Source: an uncultured Acidobacteriota bacterium
GTDB taxonomy: Bacteria; Acidobacteriota; UBA6911
Length of the DNA: 64,000 bases
Reading direction: 5' to 3'
Assembly (NCBI GenBank): GCA_963809485.1
Contig: CAWEJX010000005.1
Coordinates: 1 to 64,000 of the forward strand
Made by a program: the position numbers and the translations under genes. The first letter of the stretch is position 1, and the number at the start of each line of letters is the position of its first letter. Under the pieces are notes generated by a model. The model saw nothing but the letters and a program-made list of their open reading frames with translations, had not been told where the DNA came from and ran no database searches. Below, piece after piece: positions 10,357 through 20,062 of this stretch.

Positions 10357-10958
10357 GTTGACTAATGGGTAGCAAGACAATTTCAAGTCTATTGCATTGT
10401 GGGCTGCCTTTGTGTCGGCACCTTTTCTCGCTTATCCCGCTTTTCCCGCAGTCTAAGGAATCCATAAATTCGTGAGAGCCTCAGGAAATGCTGTAAAAAA
10501 ATTGGGGGTTATTTGGGGGTAAATGGGAGGCAAAAACGAACTTTTGTGGATTATGTGGACAAATTGCTGATCATGATCTCAGCCAATATCCATGCGGGTT
10601 TGGGGGAAAGTCATGATTTTGGGTAACCTATGAAAAACGCCCCTGAAGGGACTTCGAATCCGCAGGCCGCCCGTTCGAGTCGGGCCGGGTGCGCCATCCA
10701 AAAGGGGACAGTCACCAGTGTCCCCATTCCTTCGAGCAGATAAAACATACAACCGGCAAAACGCGTGGAATTCCAGGAATTAATCGTGCAATTTGCGGCA
10801 TTTTCCGCTGCCACGCCAAATTTCGATGGCAGCCTTAACCTCCATCACGAATGAAAAACCGGGCTAGGATTTCAGGAAATCATCAGGCTGGATGTCTGCT
10901 TGTTTGGGGACAGCGCGCAATTTTTCAGATCAGTTGGACAGGCGGTGGCTCAATGGTG

Positions 10959-11140
10959 GGTGTCCAGGTGTTGTCATCCACAGGTGTCATCCAGGTATCA
11001 GGTGTCCCAGGTATTTCCACCAGGTATCCACAAGGCATCCCCGGGTCAGGTATCCAGGTATTCAGGTATTCCCCCGACCTTTCCGACCACCTTCCTCGAT
11101 CTTCCACCTTTCACCTTCCACCTTCCACTTTCCCCCTTCA
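10959..11140. repeat. degenerate short tandem repeats (CCAGGTAT-type, then TTCCACC-type)
   Basis: About ten imperfect (C)CAGGT(A/G)T units followed by ttccacc units. Non-coding, upstream of nuoL. Confidence 0.7.
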
Positions 11141-11209
11141 ATGCCCTTATTAATTTGACTTTGTCGGCTTCGCTATGTTACGAAACCATATTCCTGATTG
11201 CTGGAATTT

Positions 11210-13258
11210 ATGCTGAATTATATCTGGTTGATACCGACTTTGCCGCTGGCCGGCAGTGCAATTATAGGACTGCTGGGTCTGATCAAACTCAGGACCACCG
11301 GTGAGAAGCTTGGCAAGCGGGTGGTGTCGGCGATTGCGCTGGCTGCCGTCGGTCTGGCTTTCGTGCTCAGCGTGCTGGCCGTTTATCAGCTTTTCGCGGT
11401 GCAGCACGAAGAACTGTTCTCCCTCGATCTATTTACCTGGCTCCGGGGGGGATCCTTGCCGCTGGCGGGCGGCGGCCTTGCCAGTTTCGAGATCCCCTGG
11501 GGATTCCAGCTGGACCCGCTATCGGCGGTGATGATCCTGGTAGTTACTGGGGTCGGCTTCCTGATCCACGTATATTCGACCGGCTATATGTGGGACGACA
11601 CCGGTTACTACCGCTTCTTCTCCTACATGAACCTCTTCATGTTCGCCATGCTCACGCTGGTGCTGGCGAACAACTACCTGATGATGTTCGTTGGCTGGGA
11701 AGGCGTGGGCCTCTGTTCCTACCTGCTGATCGGGTTTTATTTCGACAAGAAGAGCGCGGGGGACGCGGGGAAGAAAGCCTTCGTGGTCAACCGCATCGGC
11801 GATGCGGGATTCCTGCTGGGGATGATGATCGTCTTCGTAAATTTCGGTTCGCTGCGTTTCGATGAGGTCTTCGCAAAAGCGGCGGCCATGCCGGCCCATC
11901 CCGGGCACGATTTCATGTTCTGGGCTACGATCTGCTTTTTCATCGGGGCCTGCGGCAAAAGCGCCCAGATCCCCCTGTACGTCTGGCTCCCGGATGCCAT
12001 GGAGGGCCCCACCCCTGTTTCCGCCCTCATCCATGCCGCCACCATGGTCACGGCCGGCGTGTACATGGTGTGCCGCAGCAACGCTCTTTACAGCCGGGCG
12101 CCGGAAACCATGCTGATTGTGGCGGCAGTCGGGGCGCTGACGGCCGTTTTTGCGGCAACGATCGGTTTTGCCCAGACCGACATCAAGCGCGTCCTGGCGT
12201 ATTCGACCGTGAGCCAGCTGGGCTACATGGTCGCGGCCCTCGGAGTGGGTGCGTTCGTGGGCGGGATATTCCATCTCATGACCCACGCATTCTTCAAAGC
12301 CCTTCTGTTTCTCGGTGCGGGTTCCGTCATCATGGCCATGCACCATGAGCAGGACATGATGAAGATGGGTGGACTGAGGAAGCACCTGCCGTGGACTTAC
12401 CGGACGATGCTGATAGGCACGATCGCCATCGCCGGCGTGCCCCCCCTGGCCGGCTTTTTCAGCAAAGATGAAATCCTCTGGCGCGCGTGGAGTAATGGAC
12501 ACCCACTTATCTGGCTGCTGCTTTTCCTCGGCGCCGGCATGACGGCGTTCTACATGTTCCGGCTCCTGTTCCTGACCTTCTGGGGCGAAGAGAGGATGGA
12601 CGACCACACGAAGCACCACATCCGCGAATCGCCGAAGAATGTCGTTTACCCGCTCGCTGTTTTGGCCGTGCTGTCGGCCGTCGGCGGATTCGTCGGTCTG
12701 CCCGGATGGACCGGGCTTTCCAACAAATTCGAGCATTTCCTGGAGCCCGTCCTTCGCGTGCCCGAAGTCACCAGCCCGGCCCACCACGCGGCTGGCGAGG
12801 AACTGCTGTTCACGGCGCTTTCCGTGGTGATCTCGCTGGCGGGCATATACATGGCCTACCGGTTCTACGTGCTTCGGCCGGGAACGGCGGATAGGGTCAC
12901 GGAGAAGATCAAAGGACTGTACCGCCTCGTCTATCGCAAGTACTACGTGGATGAGGCCTACGACGCGCTTTTCGTCAACCGCACCAAGGACCTGGGCAGA
13001 GCGTGCTTCTTCGTGGACTCGAAATTCGTCGACGGCACCGTGAACGGAACGGCAACGGCGACGCGCGGCACGGCGACCCTCTCGAGGCTTTTCGACACCT
13101 ACATCGTGGACGGGCTGGTGAATCTGATCGGCTGGATCAACATGCGGCTGAACCGCATCGCCACCGCGTTTCAGACCGGTCTGGTGCAGCGCTATGCGCT
13201 GGCGGCAGTATTGGGGATCGTGGTGCTGATTTTGATTTATTACAATGGCCTGCTTTAA
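11210..13258 (+). CDS. nuoL: NADH-quinone oxidoreductase subunit L
   Basis: GWEGVGLCSYLLIGF, GKSAQIPLYVWLPDAMEGPTPVSALIHAATMV, DIKRVLAYSTVSQLG, THAFFKALLFL. Confidence 0.95.
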   Translation: MLNYIWLIPTLPLAGSAIIGLLGLIKLRTTGEKLGKRVVSAIALAAVGLAFVLSVLAVYQLFAVQHEELFSLDLFTWLRGGSLPLAGGGLASFEIPWGFQLDPLSAVMILVVTGVGFLIHVYSTGYMWDDTGYYRFFSYMNLFMFAMLTLVLANNYLMMFVGWEGVGLCSYLLIGFYFDKKSAGDAGKKAFVVNRIGDAGFLLGMMIVFVNFGSLRFDEVFAKAAAMPAHPGHDFMFWATICFFIGACGKSAQIPLYVWLPDAMEGPTPVSALIHAATMVTAGVYMVCRSNALYSRAPETMLIVAAVGALTAVFAATIGFAQTDIKRVLAYSTVSQLGYMVAALGVGAFVGGIFHLMTHAFFKALLFLGAGSVIMAMHHEQDMMKMGGLRKHLPWTYRTMLIGTIAIAGVPPLAGFFSKDEILWRAWSNGHPLIWLLLFLGAGMTAFYMFRLLFLTFWGEERMDDHTKHHIRESPKNVVYPLAVLAVLSAVGGFVGLPGWTGLSNKFEHFLEPVLRVPEVTSPAHHAAGEELLFTALSVVISLAGIYMAYRFYVLRPGTADRVTEKIKGLYRLVYRKYYVDEAYDALFVNRTKDLGRACFFVDSKFVDGTVNGTATATRGTATLSRLFDTYIVDGLVNLIGWINMRLNRIATAFQTGLVQRYALAAVLGIVVLILIYYNGLL

Positions 13259-13291
13259 ATGATTCGAACCTGTTGCTAGGAGCCGGATGTG

Positions 13292-14833
13292 ATGGACCTT
13301 TTTATGAGCAACATCCTGAACATCGTATGCTATCTGCCTCTGGCGGGAATGATAGCGATCATGTTCATGAAGCGCGAGAATGAAAACGCGATCCGGTGGG
13401 TCGCCAACATCACCGCCCTGGCCGGCTTCATCGTTTCCATCCCTCTTCTGACAGCGTTCAACGATCCCCGATATGTCAGCCCCAACGGTTTCCGGTTCAT
13501 GTTCGACCGGCCCTGGATCCCGCAAATCGGCGCAAGATACACGTTCGGCATCGACGGCATCAGCATGCTGCTCGTCCTGCTGACGACGCTGCTCGGATCC
13601 ATCGCAATCCTGTCGTCGTGGACCGCCATCAAGGAGCGCGTCAAGGAATACTACGCTTTCATGCTCCTGCTCCAGACCGGGATGCTGGGGGTCTTCATGG
13701 CCCTGGATTTCATCGTCTTTTACGCCTTTTGGGAGATCATGCTGGTCCCGATGTATTTCCTGATAGGGGTCTGGGGCGGCCCCAGGAAGCTCTACGCCGC
13801 GATCAAGTTTTTCCTTTACACCCTCGCGGGATCGCTGCTAATGCTGGTGGCCATCCTGGCCATTTATTTCTACCAATTCAACGCAACGGGCGTCTACTCC
13901 TTCGACATTCTCGGCTACCAGAAACTCGGCTTCCCGACCGACCTTCAGTATTGGGTTTTCCTCGCCTTCTTCGTCGGATTTGCCATCAAGGTTCCCATGT
14001 TTCCCTTCCACACGTGGCTGCCCGACGCTCATGTCGAAGCGCCCACGGCCGGTTCCGTCATACTGGCCGGCGTTCTGTTGAAGATGGGGACCTACGGCTT
14101 CGTCCGCTTTTCCCTGCCCATGTTCCCCTGGGCGACCATGCATTTCCTGCAGCCGCTGCTGATCCTGTGCCTGATCGGCATCATCTACGGCGCGCTGGTA
14201 GCCATGATGCAGAAGGACATGAAATCGCTGGTGGCCTATTCTTCGGTGAGCCACCTCGGCTTCGTGATGCTGGGGGTTTTTGCGGCCACGCCCGTCGCCC
14301 TGCAGGGCGGCGTCCTGCAGATGATCAACCACGGGATTTCCACGGGCGCACTCTTCTTGATCGTGGGAATAATCTACGAACGGCGCCACACCCGCATGAT
14401 TACCGATTACGGCGGACTGAGCCACATCATGCCTGTGTATGCGACCGTGTTTCTCATCATGACCCTCAGCTCGATCGGCATGCCGGGGCTGAACGGCTTT
14501 ATCGGGGAATTTTTCATCCTGCAGGGGACGTTCGCCGCTCCGGGGCTCTGGATTTATGCGGCGCTGGCCGTCATCGGCATCGTGCTGGGCGCAGCCTACA
14601 TGCTGTGGCTGTATCAGCGGGTGATGTTCGGCAAGCTCGAGAACCCCTTGAACAAGGCGCTTCCGGACCTCAACCTGAGGGAGGTGGCGACCTTCGTGCC
14701 GCTGATCATCCTGGCTTTCTGGATCGGCATTTACCCGTCTTTCTTCACTAAGTACCTCGACGAGCCGGTCAACTCGATCGTCGAGCGCGTTCGTGCCGAC
14801 TACTTCAAAACCGCAATCGCCAATTCACGCTGA
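13292..14833 (+). CDS. nuoM: NADH-quinone oxidoreductase subunit M
   Basis: FWEIMLVPMYFLIGVWG, KVPMFPFHTWLPDAHVEAPTAGSVILAGVLLKMG, AYSSVSHLG. RBS AGGAG. Confidence 0.95.
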   Translation: MDLFMSNILNIVCYLPLAGMIAIMFMKRENENAIRWVANITALAGFIVSIPLLTAFNDPRYVSPNGFRFMFDRPWIPQIGARYTFGIDGISMLLVLLTTLLGSIAILSSWTAIKERVKEYYAFMLLLQTGMLGVFMALDFIVFYAFWEIMLVPMYFLIGVWGGPRKLYAAIKFFLYTLAGSLLMLVAILAIYFYQFNATGVYSFDILGYQKLGFPTDLQYWVFLAFFVGFAIKVPMFPFHTWLPDAHVEAPTAGSVILAGVLLKMGTYGFVRFSLPMFPWATMHFLQPLLILCLIGIIYGALVAMMQKDMKSLVAYSSVSHLGFVMLGVFAATPVALQGGVLQMINHGISTGALFLIVGIIYERRHTRMITDYGGLSHIMPVYATVFLIMTLSSIGMPGLNGFIGEFFILQGTFAAPGLWIYAALAVIGIVLGAAYMLWLYQRVMFGKLENPLNKALPDLNLREVATFVPLIILAFWIGIYPSFFTKYLDEPVNSIVERVRADYFKTAIANSR

Positions 14834-15146
14834 CGTACGCTGACGTGACGCTGACATACGCCGAAAAAATTTATATATATATTTTTTCCAGCGTAGGTCG
14901 GCATTTTGTCGGCGTAAGTCCGCGTAATCCTGTCAGACAGCTTCCATGGCAGAGGGAGGCTTGGGAGCAATGTTGTCAAAACCGCTATCGTTAATTCACG
15001 CTGACGTACGCTGACGGGACGCTGACGTACGCCGAAAAAAATTTATATATTTATTTTTTCAGCGTGGTCGGCGTTTTGTCGGCGTAAGTCCGCGTAATCC
15101 TGTCAGACAGCTTCCATGGTAGAGGGAGGCTTGGGGGCAATGTTGT
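14805..15146. repeat. 171-bp tandem duplication spanning the nuoM 3' end, an intergenic palindrome and the GMP-synthase 3' end
   Basis: 14805-14976 is repeated at 14976-15146 with scattered substitutions. Confidence 0.9.
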
Positions 15147-16068
15147 AGGTGACGCTGACCACCCCGGGAACGCCATCCAGAAGTCTGAGGCTCAAGTCTT
15201 CGAGCGTTTCCCACGCCAGGCGTGTCGGGAAAGCGCGCCGCGCGTCGTGGCTGTCCCAGCAGCGGATCTCGATCTGGAAACCGAAATCGCGCTTGCCGTC
15301 ACGCATGCCGGTGACGCGGTCCTCGTGCAGGATCGCCATGTACTGGAAGGCGCCCGAAGCGGACAGCAGCTCTTCGGTGATGGCCGTAGCCTTGCGCACC
15401 AGCTCGATTCTTTCCGGAGTGGCTTCGCCGATGACACGGGCGGCTAATGCCGGCCCTGGGAATGGCATGCGGTTATAGACCGAGGCCGGCAATCCCAGCG
15501 CCTCGGCGACCTTGCGGACGCCGTCCTTGCGCAGCTGAACCAGCGGTTCGAGGATGCGGTAGCCGAAGGCCTCCTCAGGGTTGATGCCCAGCTGTTCGAA
15601 GACGTTGTGCTGGCGCTTAATTCCCGCAACCGTCTCGTCCACATCGGTGAGGATGGTGCCCTGGAGCAGGTGTTTTGCGCCGATATCACGCACCAGGCGG
15701 CCGAAAACTTTTTTATAGAACGTCTGGGTGACCGCCTCGCGCTTTTCCTCCGGGTCGGTGATGCCTTTGAGGGCTTTGAAGAACTCCTCGCGCGCGTCCA
15801 CCAGTTCGACCTGGACTCCGAGGTCGCGGAAAAGGGCAACAACCCGCGCGGGCTCCCCTTCGCGCATCAGGCCGTTTTCGACAAAATAGGTTTTAAGACG
15901 GTTGCCCAGGGCTTTGTGGCCGATGAGCGTCACGGCCGAGGAATCCACTCCCCCGGACAGCGCGTTGATGGCCACGTTCGAGCCCACGGCCTGGGATATG
16001 AGGGCCGCCTGCTCATCGATGAATTTCTTCGCGTCAAGACTTTTTGCGGGGATTTCCTGTATAGCCAT
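15103..16068 (-). CDS. GMP synthase ATP-pyrophosphatase subunit (subunit B only, no glutaminase domain)
   Basis: PP-loop ALSGGVDSS, NGLMREGE, DPEEKR, LQGTI, IKRQHN, RMPFPGPALAAR, C-terminal KPPSTME. About 320 aa. Confidence 0.88.
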   Translation of the reverse strand: MAIQEIPAKSLDAKKFIDEQAALISQAVGSNVAINALSGGVDSSAVTLIGHKALGNRLKTYFVENGLMREGEPARVVALFRDLGVQVELVDAREEFFKALKGITDPEEKREAVTQTFYKKVFGRLVRDIGAKHLLQGTILTDVDETVAGIKRQHNVFEQLGINPEEAFGYRILEPLVQLRKDGVRKVAEALGLPASVYNRMPFPGPALAARVIGEATPERIELVRKATAITEELLSASGAFQYMAILHEDRVTGMRDGKRDFGFQIEIRCWDSHDARRAFPTRLAWETLEDLSLRLLDGVPGVVSVTYNIAPKPPSTMEAV

Positions 16069-16366
16069 AGTTACCTCTGTCATCACTTTGGATCAAGTGG
16101 TTGGTTGCGCTTAGTTGAGCTGCCTGGGAAAAACGTGAAACGTGGAACGTTCAACGACCGGTAGTATCTGCCATAAGCAATTTTTTTTCAAATCAAATTG
16201 CCCATGTTTGTCAAGCCGCGACTCCCTACTAACGTTCCACTGCTTCCTTTCACGTTTTTTGTCTGGATTCCGTGCTGGGCGAAAACATCGGTGGGGCGGA
16301 TTTGTGCTGCCGCCCCGGGCGGTCCCGGGGCGGCATGTTTCTGGCTGAAGTCAGGATTCAGGAGGA

Positions 16367-19300
16367 TTAAAAGGTGAAGCGCATGACGATCTGGCCGGTT
16401 CGCTGGCCGGCGGCGTCGATCGGGTTTATGTATCCGAAGCCCAAGGTCGTCTTGCCGGTCGGGTCGGTGACCTGTGGAAGAGTCGCATCGTTGCTGTTGA
16501 ACTCCACCCCGGGATTGGGTATCTGGACCCGGTTGAATACGTTCATCAACTCGACGCGAAGCTGCAAGTCCATTCCCTCTCGGATCCGGAAAAGACGGGC
16601 CAGGCTCATGTTTTCGCTCGGGCGGCGACGATATCGGTAATCATTATAGTACGGGGATCCGGGACCGTATTGTCCGTCCGGAGGAGATGTCCATGCTTTC
16701 GGATTGAGCATGAATTGCATGAATGGGTTCGCAATCTCATTCGGGTTTACCAGGAACAGATCCTCTCCCGCCACGCGGCTTGCATAGGATGCCGGGGAGC
16801 TGCCGTTCCAGACACTGCCGTTGCATCCGCTGAAGACGCCCATGGGGGCGCAAAGCCTCAACAGATTTTCCAACCCCTGGCCGGTGCCGCTGATCGCCCT
16901 GGGGGCCATAATCGGCACGCCGGATTGGTAGGTAAATACGGCGCCGAGTCTCCAATCCTTGAGCGCAAGGGATACGAACTTGTTTGTGTTCCACGAAGGG
17001 GTCAGATAGTTCGCGGCAATCACAATGCGTTGCGGGATTGAGAGGCCGGAGATTGTCTTGTTGGATTGAAAGTCGTTGATGTTGTTGACAGCCGGCATTG
17101 TGACGAAGGCGGTGTCAAAAGTCTCGGCACCGATGGTGAGCTCCTTCTGCCAGCTGTACGCCAACGATAAGTCAAGACCGTGGGAGTACCGTTTGGTCAC
17201 CTTCAACTGCAACGAGTCGTACCACGTTCTGCCAATCGGCGCCCAAAGCATGTAGATGTTCCCGACGTGCGGAAACGGCCGCAACGATTGAGTCACAGTG
17301 CCTGAAAAAGCGGGAAACGGCGTACTAAGGTTGTGAGCTGCTGCATCTGCAGAACTCACCCCGCTCAATGGCGTCAGCAAAAGAGATCTATGGCTCGCGT
17401 TATTGAGATCCAGGTTATGAGCCGAAAGGATCTCCGGTGTCACCCGGTTGGGATCGGATATCCCTCCATTGGAATTCCACCAGGCTCCCCGGTTGCCTAC
17501 GTAAGAAACATCGACGCTCAGGTCTCTGGTGAGCTCACGCTGAATTCCGATGCTCCATTGGAACTGCCGCGGTGGCCGCCCGGCCTGGTCGTTCACCCAG
17601 GGCATGAAATCAGTCCCCGCAGCAATCGGGGATTGGCCCGGATCGCGGTTCGGCCATACCGGCACAACCGGAGTGCCATTCACGTTCGGACCGTCCTGGA
17701 GAAGACCAACCGGATTGCCGAATGATGGGTTGGGACCGTAGCGGACGAAGGATCCCAACCGGAGACTCCACATCTCCAGGGCGCCCGTTTGGCCGTAGGA
17801 AAAACCAGCGCCTGCGCGCAGCACTGTTTTGTTCATGAATTGCCAGGCCAAACCCAGGCGCGGCCCCCAGGCGTGGGGATAGACTTCGGCGATGTCTTTT
17901 TCGAAGATCGGGGCTCCAGGAACGTTGCCATAGCTAGGATTGGGCGTCGTCGCGCTCCAGGTCGGCATGCGGCCATAGGTTTCCTGCAGGTAGGTCTGAT
18001 AATCCCATCGCAACCCGTAATCAAGAGTCAGCTTGGGAGTGACCTTCCAGCTGTCCTGCGCATAGAAGGCCCACGCTTGTTTCCCTAAATGGAACCTGTT
18101 AGGCAGCCCGATTTCTCCATTGTTGATCATGCCGAGAAGGAAGCTGGCATAGGGGTGGCCCAAATTGCCTCCAGACAGGGATATCGTGTTCAGATACGGC
18201 ATCGTGGTTTGAGCCGCGTTGAAGTAGAATGAACCGTTGGCGGGCGTGAACACGTTGACGGGGTGAGACTCGAAACGCGACTCGCCGCCAAACTTGATCG
18301 AATGATTTCCTTTGACCCAGCTGAGGCTTGCCGTCGCTGTGGGCTTGACCTGCCAGGTGTTCGACTGTGAAGCTGTGCCCGTTTGCGTCAATCCGCCCCG
18401 GTTGTCATTCGCGTTCTGGAAGTTGGGAGGAATGGTCGCATACGTCCCGGGCAACCCAAGGTTTGCATAGCTATCGTAATTGATGTCGGGTTGAGGGTCC
18501 TTGAAGATGAAATGCATGAGTCCCGCCCCGGCGTGTAGCAGCACCGTAGGCGAAACCGTGTAATCGACACTCAGCCGGATCGTGTGCGTCCGCTCGTTGA
18601 AATTCCTCGTTCCTGTAAGCGGGACTTCCAGGCCATCGGCAAAGGGCAGGGTGACATTATTCATGGAGTAGTAACCGGAGATTTTCAGCTTGGAGCTGAG
18701 CGAGTGGTCTACCTTAACAGCTTGGATGGTCGTGGTGTTCTTGTTCGGCCAAGTCACATTGTAGTTGTTTGTGGCCGCAGCGTTCGAGAGGGTCGGATAA
18801 AAACTCTGATATTTCAGAGCCACCGGATCGATCGCATATCTCGGATTACTCGGGTCCATACAGATCTGGTTGAGACTATTCCCATCGCAGCCCATGAACG
18901 GGTCTCGAATCACGTAGGACAAGCCATTGACAGGGCTGGTGACCGTCTTTGTCGTGTTAGGATCGTAGATGGTGCCGTCCAACAGCGCCCTGCCGGCTGG
19001 ATCAACTCCGCACGTTGCCGGATTTGAGGGGTCATAACAAACGCTCGACAGCGCATTTCCGGTCAAGAGCGAGCTGAAATCCCCCTTCTGAAAAGCCTGA
19101 GTGGGGAACGTATACGTGGCGTTGGCTGTAGTTTTCAAGCGGTTCTGTTCAAAGGAGTAGAAGAAAAAGGTCTTGTCTCGGCCGTCGTACATTTTTGGAA
19201 GGTAGACCGGCCCTCCAACATTAAAGCCCCAATCATGCTGGCGATCGCGGGGTTTTTGGTATGCAGGAGACTTTTTATAGGGTGGTTGCGCATTCAACGC

Positions 19301-20062
19301 TTCGTTTCTGAAATACTCGAACGCGCTCCCATGCAGCTGGTTGGTTCCCGACCGCATGGTCATGTTCAGGATCCCGCCGCCCGCCTGTCCGTACTCAGCC
19401 GCGTAATTGCTGGTCTGGATTGCGGTTTCCTCGACGGAGTCCACGCTGGGGATCGACATGCCGTAAGCGAGGGTCCAGATTTGCTGGGTCGCATCCTGGC
19501 CGTCCACGCGGAGCGACATGGTATAGCCCGGCATTCCGTTTACACGCATCGCTCCAGCCCCGGTACCGCCGGTGCCGGGCATCAGATTGACCGCTGCGAA
19601 TGGATCCCGCATGCCGAGAGCCGAGAGCATTGGAAGATCATTCATTCGATTCGTCGTGACATTGTGGCTTAGCTCGCCGCTCTCGGTTTTCAGCAAGGGA
19701 GAGTCCGCGCTAACGGTCACCGTTTCAGTGATGCTTCCAACCTCCAGCGGGATGTCGATGCGCACCGTCGCTGCAGTCATTACCGTAATGCCGGTCCTCA
19801 AGTACTGCTTGAATCCCTGCACTTTAGCCGAAAGCTGATATACCCCGGCAGGCAGCTGGGCAAGCGTATAGTTGCCCGTTGCCGAACTCGCAGCCTGATA
19901 TACGGCACCGGTTTCTACATTCTTGGCTTCAATTGGGGCATTGGGGACCATGGCGCCCGCCGCATCAGAGACGGTGCCTGTGATCGCGCCCCGGTCGCTT
20001 TGGGCATACGCCGTTCCAAAAATCAGAAGGGCGCACACCAATGCACTTGTGATCCATCGCAT
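16367..20062 (-). CDS. TonB-dependent receptor with carboxypeptidase-regulatory-like N-terminal domain
   Basis: Signal peptide, GAITGTVSDAAGA, QTSNYAAEYG, RSGTNQLHGSAFEYFRNEALNA, YAQDSWKVTPKLTLDYGLRWD, terminal Phe. RBS AGGAGG. Confidence 0.9.
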   Translation of the reverse strand: MRWITSALVCALLIFGTAYAQSDRGAITGTVSDAAGAMVPNAPIEAKNVETGAVYQAASSATGNYTLAQLPAGVYQLSAKVQGFKQYLRTGITVMTAATVRIDIPLEVGSITETVTVSADSPLLKTESGELSHNVTTNRMNDLPMLSALGMRDPFAAVNLMPGTGGTGAGAMRVNGMPGYTMSLRVDGQDATQQIWTLAYGMSIPSVDSVEETAIQTSNYAAEYGQAGGGILNMTMRSGTNQLHGSAFEYFRNEALNAQPPYKKSPAYQKPRDRQHDWGFNVGGPVYLPKMYDGRDKTFFFYSFEQNRLKTTANATYTFPTQAFQKGDFSSLLTGNALSSVCYDPSNPATCGVDPAGRALLDGTIYDPNTTKTVTSPVNGLSYVIRDPFMGCDGNSLNQICMDPSNPRYAIDPVALKYQSFYPTLSNAAATNNYNVTWPNKNTTTIQAVKVDHSLSSKLKISGYYSMNNVTLPFADGLEVPLTGTRNFNERTHTIRLSVDYTVSPTVLLHAGAGLMHFIFKDPQPDINYDSYANLGLPGTYATIPPNFQNANDNRGGLTQTGTASQSNTWQVKPTATASLSWVKGNHSIKFGGESRFESHPVNVFTPANGSFYFNAAQTTMPYLNTISLSGGNLGHPYASFLLGMINNGEIGLPNRFHLGKQAWAFYAQDSWKVTPKLTLDYGLRWDYQTYLQETYGRMPTWSATTPNPSYGNVPGAPIFEKDIAEVYPHAWGPRLGLAWQFMNKTVLRAGAGFSYGQTGALEMWSLRLGSFVRYGPNPSFGNPVGLLQDGPNVNGTPVVPVWPNRDPGQSPIAAGTDFMPWVNDQAGRPPRQFQWSIGIQRELTRDLSVDVSYVGNRGAWWNSNGGISDPNRVTPEILSAHNLDLNNASHRSLLLTPLSGVSSADAAAHNLSTPFPAFSGTVTQSLRPFPHVGNIYMLWAPIGRTWYDSLQLKVTKRYSHGLDLSLAYSWQKELTIGAETFDTAFVTMPAVNNINDFQSNKTISGLSIPQRIVIAANYLTPSWNTNKFVSLALKDWRLGAVFTYQSGVPIMAPRAISGTGQGLENLLRLCAPMGVFSGCNGSVWNGSSPASYASRVAGEDLFLVNPNEIANPFMQFMLNPKAWTSPPDGQYGPGSPYYNDYRYRRRPSENMSLARLFRIREGMDLQLRVELMNVFNRVQIPNPGVEFNSNDATLPQVTDPTGKTTLGFGYINPIDAAGQRTGQIVMRFTF

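Larger units (their letters stand above)
7608..10697. mobile_element. degenerate tRNA-Arg-integrated genomic island (attL 7608-7656, attR 10649-10697), no integrase
   Basis: Identical 49-bp direct repeat of the tRNA 3' half at both ends, AT-richer interior, gene fragments inside. Confidence 0.88.

Noticed and set aside
10649-10697. Second tRNA-Arg gene
   Set aside because: Only the 3' half is present, with no D-arm or 5' acceptor strand. It is the att duplication.
10851-11158. ORFs with repetitive peptides upstream of nuoL
   Set aside because: They arise from translating short tandem repeats and are open in several frames at once.
11519-13525. Long antisense ORFs (668 aa opposite nuoL, 556 aa opposite the HD gene, 500 aa opposite pyrH/frr, and others)
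   Set aside because: These are shadow frames of GC-rich coding genes with no motifs or RBS support.
14805-15146. Repeats as a CRISPR array
   Set aside because: There are no constant repeats separated by unique spacers and no cas genes. These are palindromes and one tandem duplication.
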